Virus record (IMG/VR): IMGVR_UViG_3300014202_000270 | Strand: one strand, 5' to 3' | DNA length: 58,276 nucleotides | Source: a virus | Part shown: positions 9,601-19,200 of the stretch, one piece after another | How positions within the stretch are numbered: position 1 is the stretch's first letter | How the letters are laid out: every line of letters starts with the position of its first letter | Notes under the pieces: model-generated | Told to the model about the DNA's origin: nothing | Seen by the model: only the letters and a program-made list of their open reading frames with translations | The model's database searches: none | Position numbers and translations under genes: made by a program

Positions 9601-11706
9601 TTCTCTACTCTTATATCATCTAGCTTTACGGTTAATGGTAAAACTTATACTAAGAGAGTTATACCTTCTGGTTTAAATCTTAATAGCACTGCGGCGCCGC
9701 AATGTTTATATTTTGGTGGAGACACATACATACAGAGATACACTGAAAAGACAACATTCTTTTATTTCAATGATTGGTTGTATGGTCAACCTGATGGGTT
9801 TGAATACAATTACTATACATATAGGATGTTGACAAAACCTAGATATTGGGTTAATAGCAAACAGTTTACTTTAACAGGAGCTGTAAATTCAGCGATAACT
9901 TCTATTTCAACATTTCCTCCTCAACCACCAAGCCCATCATCAGGTAATGGTATTCTGCCTCAAGACTTTTATGACTTAGATAACGGGAATAATATTTTTG
10001 ATAATGTTGATGCTTGCTTTTATATATTCAATTCTGGTGTAAGAGATTTCTTTGTTGAGACAGAACGCTTATCTGAGTTTAGAGAGCAAGGTTTAGAAGA
10101 TAAAGACAAGTTCTATGATCCATATGGTTTCAATGATATGGAAACCATGTTCAACGCAAACCCAAATGTTATACCGTTTGATAACTTCTATGCATACGAT
10201 GAGTCTTTTAGTATAAGTAGGTTATTTAACAACTTTATATCCTGGGGTGAATTACAAGCTCGTAATTATGATCCGCAGGTATCACAACTTTGTTATCAAT
10301 ATTTTCCATACCGGATATTGTATTCACTACCTCAGCAAGATGAGCAGATAAGAGATAGCTGGAGAATTTATTTAGCTAATAACTATAAAGATTATCGTAA
10401 CTATGTTACTGGGATCAAGAGTATTAGTAAAAATGGCGCAATCTTTTTCTTCAGAGATGCTAGCCCGGTAATGTTTCAAGGTGTAGATGAACTTAAAACT
10501 GATCTTGGTACAAAGGTTACTTTAGGCGACGGCGCACTATTTTCTCAAGCGGAACAAAGAATTGTAAATGCTGAGAACTCATTTGAGTATGCGTCTTGTC
10601 AAGACATACGTTCTGTAATAAGTACCCCTGGTGGATTATTTTGGACTAGTCAAAATCAAGGTAAAGTATATCAGTATACCGGTCAACTAAAAGAGATATC
10701 TCTATCAGGTTTGAAATGGTGGTTCTTTAAATACATGCAATATCAATTGCTAAAAGACTTTCCAAACTTCAAACTAATAGACAATCCTGTTGCTGGTATT
10801 GGTATGCAAACTGTTTACGAAAACGTAGACACCATACTTTATATTACCAAGAAAGATTTCTATCTAAAGGATCAATACAAAGGAACCAAACGAGTTTTAT
10901 ATGATGAATCTACTAATGAGTTTGTTGTTGATAGAACAATTCGTGTAAAAATCGGTGATCAGGCATTCTTTAACTATTTTGAAGATGCCTCATGGACAAT
11001 TAGTTATGACCTTAAAAATGAGATGTGGATAAGTTTCCATGATTGGAAACCAGATCTATTGTTACCATCAAGAAATCACTTCTCTAGCATTAAGGGTTCT
11101 GGTATATGGCAGCACAACAATACCTGCGCGCAATACTGTAACTATTACGGTGTAGACTATCCTTTTGAAATTGAGATCCCAGTAGCAACAGGACAACAAG
11201 TATTTACAATGCGTAGTGTTGAATATACTTTAGAATCCTTTGTTGCAAGAAATCTTAATAACTGTACTGATGATTTTCAGATTTTAGACTACAACTTTGA
11301 TGAGGCTGTGATCTGGAATACAGAACAAACTTCTGGTTTGTTACGCTTAAATCTGCAGTCTAAGAATAACGGTATAGCGAATCTTGCATATCCAATTATT
11401 AACCCCGGCAACATAGATATTCTTTATGCTAAAGAAGAACAGAAAATTCGTTTTAATCAGTTCTGGGATATTACCGATGATCGCGGCGAATTTAATCCTA
11501 TTGCTCAAAGGCAAATTTGGAATACACAACCTAACGGTTATTTGAAAGATTTGAATCCAAATAACCTAAACTATAATAAACTTCAAACTCAGCGTAAGAA
11601 GTTTAGACACTATCTTAACTATGTACTTTTTAGAAGACGTGTTTCTGGAAATGTAAACATGATTCTAAGATCGTTTAATGAAAAGCTTCAATACTCTTCT
11701 CGATGA
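6646..11706 (+). CDS. Tail stabilisation / muzzle protein (crAss-like Tstab, P22 gp10-like)
   Basis: 1686 aa; N-terminal FTKGMNKD..WTHARN, IRHHKFP, FGGDTYI, WTISY..WISFHDWKP motifs; follows ring genes. Confidence 0.8.
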   Translation: MAKKGSSENVSSTVVTRPFTKGMNKDVDTTFLPEGFWTHARNLQNNTITGDVGTVSNEPANFLCSAAPYPIIGTIHLFGDKWIIYSTNNTNSEIGLYDESECCYLKIVNDNCLSFKKENLILGVSRENADCTWSIYWADGLNPDRVMNIGNPQLWPQDCIQPLSLWDGPPWKQRCTTVNGCITCVDLPQLDCDKLRLASLMKTPCLKVRQGPGGGNLQAGSYYAVVAYCINGQTVTNYFSPSNVQVLFDRDAEFAGSLEIEVDADTENFSEFELVIVSIVSQQTVAKRIGVYSTRQSIISLDIIATELPSVPLENIPLRNPVFEKSEGMFDVNRYLLRIRPTGKLDFNYQPLANLIGAKWVSVEYPADYYQKGGFRTSYLRDEVYSFFIRWIYDTGDKSRSYHIPGRVANLNNNYDLLTVSNADSAQNIAEGSGNEIWQVYNTGVITSAPNISKPVDDVPYQGQIIAEGDMGYWESTEIYPDDKPDIWNSSSQPWTGVFNIPNSSYDLCGKNIRHHKFPETYQYNPNGYSNRNELVHFRVDANGNQFIRIMGVRFENIALPKDNEGNDITNIVGYEILRGTRQGNRSIIAKGIINNMRKYEVKDNTGNLIETVLYQNYPFNDLKADPFLVISPAPPAEQFTYDYLSFHSPDTNFNRPYLSTKQLKIYSNIYGKSLHYFQEPEDHPQFKLIKNIFVVFALMAGAAYGIIKLNGKRQRSYTSPRGINIAFPITVNGTTSPFPLSLAYPFAPFPPGSHVTAATGVQATAGSTAGTTTGAIVQAGAPGGQSATSQIAQTTSNTTASALPGFITGEYKEEYESTPYDGFPLGLGGALNFLYFFTEGAETAMRAIYAFTPFAQYALQGIAHGFYSNSARPIINNITREIDRNAYVRPGLITFDEDYKINNIKRNTFVGIKTIIDFNPLLPPFTSNVDDSLAKPASYSDPRQEFEKPISSWYGGIKVRIQNQYGQLDSVKQIPITDCEEKINFSTLISSSFTVNGKTYTKRVIPSGLNLNSTAAPQCLYFGGDTYIQRYTEKTTFFYFNDWLYGQPDGFEYNYYTYRMLTKPRYWVNSKQFTLTGAVNSAITSISTFPPQPPSPSSGNGILPQDFYDLDNGNNIFDNVDACFYIFNSGVRDFFVETERLSEFREQGLEDKDKFYDPYGFNDMETMFNANPNVIPFDNFYAYDESFSISRLFNNFISWGELQARNYDPQVSQLCYQYFPYRILYSLPQQDEQIRDSWRIYLANNYKDYRNYVTGIKSISKNGAIFFFRDASPVMFQGVDELKTDLGTKVTLGDGALFSQAEQRIVNAENSFEYASCQDIRSVISTPGGLFWTSQNQGKVYQYTGQLKEISLSGLKWWFFKYMQYQLLKDFPNFKLIDNPVAGIGMQTVYENVDTILYITKKDFYLKDQYKGTKRVLYDESTNEFVVDRTIRVKIGDQAFFNYFEDASWTISYDLKNEMWISFHDWKPDLLLPSRNHFSSIKGSGIWQHNNTCAQYCNYYGVDYPFEIEIPVATGQQVFTMRSVEYTLESFVARNLNNCTDDFQILDYNFDEAVIWNTEQTSGLLRLNLQSKNNGIANLAYPIINPGNIDILYAKEEQKIRFNQFWDITDDRGEFNPIAQRQIWNTQPNGYLKDLNPNNLNYNKLQTQRKKFRHYLNYVLFRRRVSGNVNMILRSFNEKLQYSSR

Positions 11707-14700
11707 AAAAAGCATATTCTAAATCTTCTCGTAAAGGGTTACCTGGGGGCCCTAATGAAATGTTTCAAAAGGTAAAAGGTATCATTGTATCTGAAAGAGG
11801 TCAATGGGATTTTCCAGGTATGAATACGTTGGTGCCAACACAAGATGGAAGGATCACTATGCGCGGCGTTCCTTATCCAGTGCTAGGCCAGGATGAAACA
11901 GGATATACACAAATGATGTATCCAGAACAAGAGTATCAGTTTCCTGGTCAAAATGTACTTGAGTTACCCATGGCTCAGAAGGGATTAGGCGTACCTACAT
12001 TTAATGATAGTTTAGAATTATACAAAAACACTGTAGCTCTAGAAAATTTTTTAAGAAATGAATCAGCAACTCTTCCAAAAGATAAATTTAAAAAATGGCA
12101 TTGGGAAGATTCTCAACCTTTAGTGGGTGCAAATCCTGCACGTAATTGGTATACGTTAAATCCTAATTTATCTGATCGTGAAAAAGCTCTATCTTATGTA
12201 AACAGTTTATATGATATAGACAAGAGTAATAGTAGCAAATCTTTACCTAAAAGCTACTATGTTAAAACGCAAAACAATTTAATTGGAACAAGAGATTGGG
12301 CACCAGAAGGTGGTGATGATAAAAATTTTCCAGTTTCTTATGTACATCCTCAAATAAAACCTCAATTTGAAGGAGATACTCAAATACCTGGTGAAGGTAT
12401 GTTTTACATGTATAGATATGATCCTATTGCTATTAAACCGGGTGCCCTATTAACACCAAATGAACTAGCAATAAGACTTAAAAAATATGGAAATCGTGGA
12501 ATACCACAAAGTAAAGTTGATGAATACTATGCATCAAAAAAACCTGTTACTACGTCTGCTGCTCCACTTGTTGCTCCACCTGTTACTCCAAAAAAAGAAT
12601 TTGTTAGAAATATAAACCAGTTTCCATTTAAAAATCCTGTAACAGGAAACACTGAAGATAGAGTTAGTTTAATAACTCCAGCTCATCAATATATAATGAA
12701 TATGGATCAGTATGGTAAACTATTACCTACAGACTCTATACCACAACAAGGTAACTTTTTATATAGAACAAACCGTAAACAAAATGGCGGTGCTTTACCT
12801 AAAGCACAGATGCTAGGTCAGTTTAATCCACAGTTAGCTAGACCTAATCCATTAACTGGTAGATATGCATGGGAACAAAGTATTCCTAAAAAAACAGATG
12901 TAAATGTTGCACCTAAAATACAACCTGCTGCTAGAGCTACAACCAATGTTCAAAAGCAAAACCTTAACCTTGATAGGGATAACAGGTTATTAGATGCCAA
13001 TTTAATTTACTCTGACGCATCTTCTAACCCGTTAAGTAATGCAGTGCATACTGGTTTAGATGCAGTAGGTATGGTACCTGTTATTGGCGAACCCGCGGAT
13101 CTTGCAAATGCTTTGTTATATAACTATGAAGATGATTTAGAAAATGCTGCTATTTCAACTGCTGGCATGATACCTTTTTTAGGAATGCTGGGAACAGGAA
13201 AAAGATTAGCTGGTAAAGCAGGAAAAGGTTTTAAATCAACAAATACTCCTAAAGAGTTACCAGGTTCACCTAATGCTGGTAGAGGGTTTAAATCAGAAAT
13301 AGTAAAAAAGAATTTACCAAATCCTATACACATTATAGATAAATTTATTCCAAGACCTCCTGATCCAGCAATGTTTGTTGGTATGGAGGGAAGTTGGAAT
13401 AATCTAAGTCCTCTAAATTTAATACCTGGTTATGGTAAAAAATTAATAAGTGAATCTGGATATCCTAATTTTGTAGGGTTTAGAAAATTTGGAAACTCAA
13501 TAGATGATGTAATAGAATCACAATCATTGAGACCCAAAAGTTCTGGCATGGGTTCAAAACAAATTGCAAATGAAGGAAATTGGGCTGAACCAGGTAAGGT
13601 TAATGAAAATTATACTGGAGTCTTTGAAGCAACAATGAATCCACAAATAGAAGGTTCTAATATAAAATTAGAAAAATGGAACAAAAGGAAAGGTATAGTT
13701 GGAACTACTAAAGAAGGTGATGTTGCAATTCCATTAACAGACCCAGGTTTATCTTTTAATAGAAGACTTCCTTTTTCAAATAAGTATATTCCTATAGATA
13801 AACAAAAATTAATAGACAATAAATTTCAACTATCAACATTTGCTCCTCGTTTACAGAGTTTAGCTGAAAAATATGCTCTTTGGACAGGTGTTGGAGTAGG
13901 AGGTGCTTATTTAGGGTTTCCTGAATTACACGATGCTAATAAAAAATATATTATTAATCCAACTGTAAAAAAATACAATGAATTAAATGATGAAATAAAT
14001 AAACTTATAGGTACAGGAGCAGCAGGAGCTGCGGGAGCTAATCAACTAATAAATCAAGAACCAGAAATATATCAACATGGCGGATCACTACCTAAAGCTC
14101 AAGATGGTGAGGAACTATTTCCTGGTGAAGGTATGTATTATCAAATACCGGAGTATACATTTGATTACAAACGTAGATTTAGCGATTTACCAAAGCCGCG
14201 TTATACAGGCCCTTTAATGAGCCAACAACTTATTGATGAGGCTACACAGAGAGAATATGAGCAACGCAGAAGAGATATTGATGAAAGTATTGCTGCTGCT
14301 AGGGGGCCGCTTTCTGCACAAAGGTTAGCTAAAGAATCTGCTACTACAGGCGACAAGCTTTCATTACAAATGATGCTTGGAGATCCGTATAATTCTCCAA
14401 GAATATATGAAGCACTAGGGGGATTAGATTTTATAAACCCAGCGGTTATGCTTGGTGATATGGTTACAGGTTTAGGATCTATACCATATAATGTGCAAGA
14501 AGGAAATTATGGCTCTGCGGCGCTTGGTCTTGGGGCTCCTTTAGCAACAGGAGCATTAGCATCTATTGGAGTTAAATCTCCAAGAGGATTTATAAACAAC
14601 TTAGTAAATCCTTTTGCAGGCATAGGTGATACTCCTAGACAAATACCGGGTTCACCTAATGCTATTTCTTCTGTAGATGATGTTGCTAAAAATTTAAAAG

Positions 14701-16193
14701 ATTTGCAAGAAGCTAAAAAGTTTGCAAAACAATATGGGTACGAATTACCTAAAAACTTAGAAAGAATAGCTCAGTCAAATATGCTTACTGATAGAACTAT
14801 TATAGGCATGATGAATAGACATAATACTTTTGTAAGAGGTGTGAGTACTAACTGGGATGAGGTTGCAAAAAGAAATCCTGACATATTAAAATACTTAGAA
14901 GAAAAAGGTATTAACTGGAAAGTTAATCCTGAAGAAGCAGCAAAATTAATGCTTACGGAAATTCCTCCTCAAACTGGATATGGTAGATACATGATGAATA
15001 CAGGAGAGGATGCGCTGTATACTTCTAATTCAATACCTACTGGTCAAGGATACACTTATGGAGATGGATACTATGCAAAGATTAGAAGAAAAAATCTTGA
15101 TTATTCATCTAATAATAGAAAAGACTGGATTAATAATAATCAGTTAGATTATCAAAAAGGAATTAATGATCCAGAAGGGGCAAATATAATAAAAACAGAT
15201 TGGCAAAAAAGATTTCCTACAAGTATAGAAGATTTTGTTAAAAGTTCAGGCAACCCTGATATTTTAGATAATTTAATGAATAAAGTAGATTTAAAAGTAA
15301 AAAATAAAAGAGATATTTTAGATAAAGAACATGCTAGATATGTTGATACAAGAAAAAAAATATATGATAAACTTGATAAAGAAGTAAAAAGAGTTTATCC
15401 AAATGTAAAGTATACACATCAGTTAGAGGATGATGTATTAAACAAGTTGCTTACACCAAAAGAATTAAAAGATTTAAAATATACATCAAAAAAAATAAAA
15501 GCTATAAGGGACTATGATTACAACAAGTATGAAAATTTACAAGCATTAAAAGAAATATTTACAACTCCTGAGTTATATAAAAGCGCTTTACAAAATTTAA
15601 TAAAACCTGATAAATTTGCACATTATGCATTTAAAGGTAATCCAGGTGAACAAATTTTTGATATTGTAGATTTAAAAAAAATGACACCTGAACTTTGGAA
15701 AAATAAAAGTAGAGCTCATATTGGTAAATATTCAAAAAAACTTAGCGGATTAGAATATGGAGGATATCTAGAAAAAGAAATATACAAAGCAAATCAACTA
15801 ATGAATCAACAACCAGAAAGTTATCAGGAAGGTGGATCAAAGCTAAACCCTTATGGTTCTATAGAAACATATCCAGGCGAATCTGGAACTGGGGTATTTG
15901 GTGATGTTGGTTTGAGTTATGATTTACCTACAGGTACTTCTCCATATTTGAGTAATCAGTTTATTTTTGAACCAGGTTATGAATCTTACTTTAATCCAGG
16001 GGTTGGTATAGAGCAACCTATTGGTGGTAATAGGGGCTCCTTTTTTATGGGCGCAGAAATGTTTAACGGGGCACCAAGACTTAATGCTGGTTTAAAATAT
16101 AGGTTTGATGACGGCGGCCCTTTACAAACAGACCCAGTACTAAACTTCATAACCCAGCAACAACCCCGCAGATTTTCTAAATCCAAAAAATAA
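11703..16193 (+). CDS. Putative ejected cargo polyprotein: pre-toxin TG-like motif, two ART-like modules, beta-signal-ending module
   Basis: 1496 aa, no Cys seen; LDAVGMVPVIGEPADLANALLY..AAISTAGMIPFLG (13047-13184); repeated PKAQ, PGSPNA, ANQLxNQxPExYQxGGS linkers. Confidence 0.6.
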   Translation: MKKAYSKSSRKGLPGGPNEMFQKVKGIIVSERGQWDFPGMNTLVPTQDGRITMRGVPYPVLGQDETGYTQMMYPEQEYQFPGQNVLELPMAQKGLGVPTFNDSLELYKNTVALENFLRNESATLPKDKFKKWHWEDSQPLVGANPARNWYTLNPNLSDREKALSYVNSLYDIDKSNSSKSLPKSYYVKTQNNLIGTRDWAPEGGDDKNFPVSYVHPQIKPQFEGDTQIPGEGMFYMYRYDPIAIKPGALLTPNELAIRLKKYGNRGIPQSKVDEYYASKKPVTTSAAPLVAPPVTPKKEFVRNINQFPFKNPVTGNTEDRVSLITPAHQYIMNMDQYGKLLPTDSIPQQGNFLYRTNRKQNGGALPKAQMLGQFNPQLARPNPLTGRYAWEQSIPKKTDVNVAPKIQPAARATTNVQKQNLNLDRDNRLLDANLIYSDASSNPLSNAVHTGLDAVGMVPVIGEPADLANALLYNYEDDLENAAISTAGMIPFLGMLGTGKRLAGKAGKGFKSTNTPKELPGSPNAGRGFKSEIVKKNLPNPIHIIDKFIPRPPDPAMFVGMEGSWNNLSPLNLIPGYGKKLISESGYPNFVGFRKFGNSIDDVIESQSLRPKSSGMGSKQIANEGNWAEPGKVNENYTGVFEATMNPQIEGSNIKLEKWNKRKGIVGTTKEGDVAIPLTDPGLSFNRRLPFSNKYIPIDKQKLIDNKFQLSTFAPRLQSLAEKYALWTGVGVGGAYLGFPELHDANKKYIINPTVKKYNELNDEINKLIGTGAAGAAGANQLINQEPEIYQHGGSLPKAQDGEELFPGEGMYYQIPEYTFDYKRRFSDLPKPRYTGPLMSQQLIDEATQREYEQRRRDIDESIAAARGPLSAQRLAKESATTGDKLSLQMMLGDPYNSPRIYEALGGLDFINPAVMLGDMVTGLGSIPYNVQEGNYGSAALGLGAPLATGALASIGVKSPRGFINNLVNPFAGIGDTPRQIPGSPNAISSVDDVAKNLKDLQEAKKFAKQYGYELPKNLERIAQSNMLTDRTIIGMMNRHNTFVRGVSTNWDEVAKRNPDILKYLEEKGINWKVNPEEAAKLMLTEIPPQTGYGRYMMNTGEDALYTSNSIPTGQGYTYGDGYYAKIRRKNLDYSSNNRKDWINNNQLDYQKGINDPEGANIIKTDWQKRFPTSIEDFVKSSGNPDILDNLMNKVDLKVKNKRDILDKEHARYVDTRKKIYDKLDKEVKRVYPNVKYTHQLEDDVLNKLLTPKELKDLKYTSKKIKAIRDYDYNKYENLQALKEIFTTPELYKSALQNLIKPDKFAHYAFKGNPGEQIFDIVDLKKMTPELWKNKSRAHIGKYSKKLSGLEYGGYLEKEIYKANQLMNQQPESYQEGGSKLNPYGSIETYPGESGTGVFGDVGLSYDLPTGTSPYLSNQFIFEPGYESYFNPGVGIEQPIGGNRGSFFMGAEMFNGAPRLNAGLKYRFDDGGPLQTDPVLNFITQQQPRRFSKSKK
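13243..13277 (+). repeat. 35-bp linker repeat copy 1 (TPxxxPGSPNA); copy 2 at 14629-14663
   Basis: atactcctaaagagttaccaggttcacctaatgct vs atactcctagacaaataccgggttcacctaatgct, 30/35 identical by hand alignment. Confidence 0.85.
14036..14087 (+). repeat. 52-bp linker repeat copy 1 (ANQLxNQxPExYQxGGS); copy 2 at 15788-15839
   Basis: 43/52 identical by hand alignment. Confidence 0.85.
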
Positions 16194-16220
16194 TCGTATT
16201 TTAACTGTAATACATACATT

Positions 16221-19200
16221 ATGCTACCAGAATATACTCCCGGCGCCAACCTATATGATTATGCTTTCTATGGTAATATGCAGACTGATGACAATGTAAA
16301 CACGTTTCGTTATCAAGTTGGTGGAACACCATGGCAACAACAGCAACAACAGCAACAACAAGGTGGTGGTGGTAATGAACAACTCATCGAATACATAAAG
16401 ATGTATTCTGAGATTACTCAACAAGATCCTAATGACATATATGAGAAAGTTTCATCTATGAGTCAAGAGGATCAGCAAGCTGCTTTACAAGAAATTGTTG
16501 GTACAATACAAGAGTACTATACTATGCAGCAGTCTCGTCAACAAAATCAAATGGTTGATGAGCAAGGGCAATCTATGTATGGTGATGAAGAAGAAGATGA
16601 GTATGCTGGTCCACAAAAACCTATAGTTTCACCTACTCCAGATGAAATTGCTGGTTTAGAAGAAGAAGCTGAGTATGATGCTGCTGTTGAAGCAGCTACA
16701 GCAGATTATGATGAGGAGTACATGTATGGTGGTAGCAAGAAGCGTGGCCGCAACAAGTTTACATCTCAACTTAAGAAAGCAGCGCGGGGTATGGCTCAAG
16801 AAATGGTAAATACAGATAGTGTGCCTACGGGTACATCTTCTTATGGTGGCGAGCGTTTAAAAAAGTTTGTTTCAGGAATACAGCGCAATGTTGCTAATAA
16901 CATGGCTGAGGAAGCTTTTAACCAAAGCATGGATTATTTTGAGCAACCTGAGGTGATGCGTTATGGAGGTTTACCAAGATACCAAGGTGATACAAGTGGA
17001 AGCCAAACTACAGGAAATGCAAATACTCAAACTCCTCAAAATATAACCTTAACTCCTGAGCAGTTTAATCAGCTGTTATCAAGACAATATTCTAATCAAG
17101 GTTATAATCCTGGCAACTATGGAGGATATGGAGGATATGGTGGTAGAGGATTAGGTAGCTTGCTTCATATGTTTGGCGCCGCACCAATATCTAATGATTG
17201 GTATATGCCTCGGGGATATCGCATGACAAATAAAAGTCAAAAAGATCTTAAAGATCAATTAATGCTCTCTGGTAAAATTCCTTTAGAAGCATCTTATCTA
17301 TCTAATGTAGAAGCAACAAAAGGTTTTCTAGGAAACATATATAATCCTCGTAAAGTTTCAATGACTTTTAGCAGAGCTCTTCCTCCAATAAATGCTCCTG
17401 GATCATCTACTTCAACATCTGTAACGCCTACTGCAGCTCAAGCTCCTGTAAGTAATACTTCTGCACGAAATAATACACAAGCTGCTATTGGAGTTCCTCC
17501 TTTGTTAAATCCAAAGAATGTATCAACTACACAACCTGTTTCTTTTAATAAAAATTATCTAGGAGTACCTACAGAACAATATACTCCAAATTTACAGCAA
17601 AATCCTCCCATATCTGTTACAGGTTTACCTGTTATAAATGGTAATCCTGGTGTTCCAACAGATTCTGGTGTTAATAGTAATCAAGCAACTCCTACACCTA
17701 ATCCTGCTATTATGGATTACATGCAACAATCTTTAAAACTTCCTCAAAAAGTTGATATTAGTGGTGTTGGTCCTATTGATTTAAATAATCAAGATGAAAT
17801 AGATGCTCTTAATATAAGAGAAAAAAATATTTTACAACGTTCTTATAATAATAATCGTTCTATTCAAAAAACAGGTTATACAAATACAAACCTTTTTCAA
17901 AAAGGTGGATCAACACTTTATGATATAGTAAAGAGTAAAGGGCTTGATCCATCTTTTGAATCTAGAAAAAAGATATTTCAAGGTTATTTTGACGAACCTT
18001 ATAAAGGTACTTATGAACAAAATATTGAGTTAAGAAATAAACTTCTTTCTGGAGACATTGCGCTTATTAATAAAAAATCTAATCAAACTGCTTCTGCAAA
18101 ATCTACTAAAGAACAACCTGTACAAGAATCAAAAATCCCTTCAACAATTGCTGCTAACAATCAAGTTGTTAAAAATTTTCCCACAGGTAATAATGAAATA
18201 TTTAAGGGCTCAGGATACTATGGTAAAGAAGTTTCTACTAATACTACTAAACAAAAAGTAACCAGTTCTAAAGAAGTTCAACAGGCAAAAAAACAAAACA
18301 TTAAAGAGATTAACAAAGTAAAAGTTGAAACACCACCTTTGTTAAAAAGAAGAAATGGTATTGATTATGGTATTGATTTTAGAAACACAGGTAATAGTCC
18401 ATTTCAAGGTGATGGGTATTATGAAGATAAAGATTTAAGAAGCAATCTTGAATCTGGAGTTATTGTTGATAAGGCGACGGGAACTATTAATTTTGTAAGA
18501 GAGGGGAAAATTGATCAAAAGTTTCCTGTATTAACGGGATTAGCTGGTAAAAATTATGAAACAGATCCTAATGCCAATCCTTATCTAGTACCATATTTAA
18601 AAAATAATCCTGCTGCAAGATCTACTCCAACAGGAACATATAAAATGAAATACGATAAAAGTGTTTATGGTTATCCTGGATATTATCAAAAACCTATTGC
18701 TGCTTTTGGAAAAAAAGCGCCTAATGCTAAATCTTTAGCAATGCATATTGTATATGGTGCAGGAGCAAAACCTGGTTATAAATGGGATCCATCACACGGT
18801 GATGGTGCAAAACCATATTATAATCCAGAGGAACATCAAAGAAGACTTGAAAGATTTAGTCAACCAGATAATAGATTTGGTAGTTATGGTTGTACAAATT
18901 TTGAACCATATTCTTTAGAGTGTTTAACAGAAAGATTTGGTACAGAAGGAGATACTGCAGTTTATATTGACTCTCGAAATCCAGAAGATAAAAGGTTTAT
19001 TGAAAACTTTCCTGTGGCACCACCTCTTAAAAATAGACAAAACGGTGGTCAACTTTATCTTTATAGAGATGGTGGGTTACCTACTTTTCAAAGCACTGGT
19101 GAATTTGTATTACCAAGTTTAATGGAAGGTGAAACAGAAGTGTCTTCTCTTAGAAAAACATTTGGTGATATCAATCCTATGGAAGAATTTGATACTTCAT

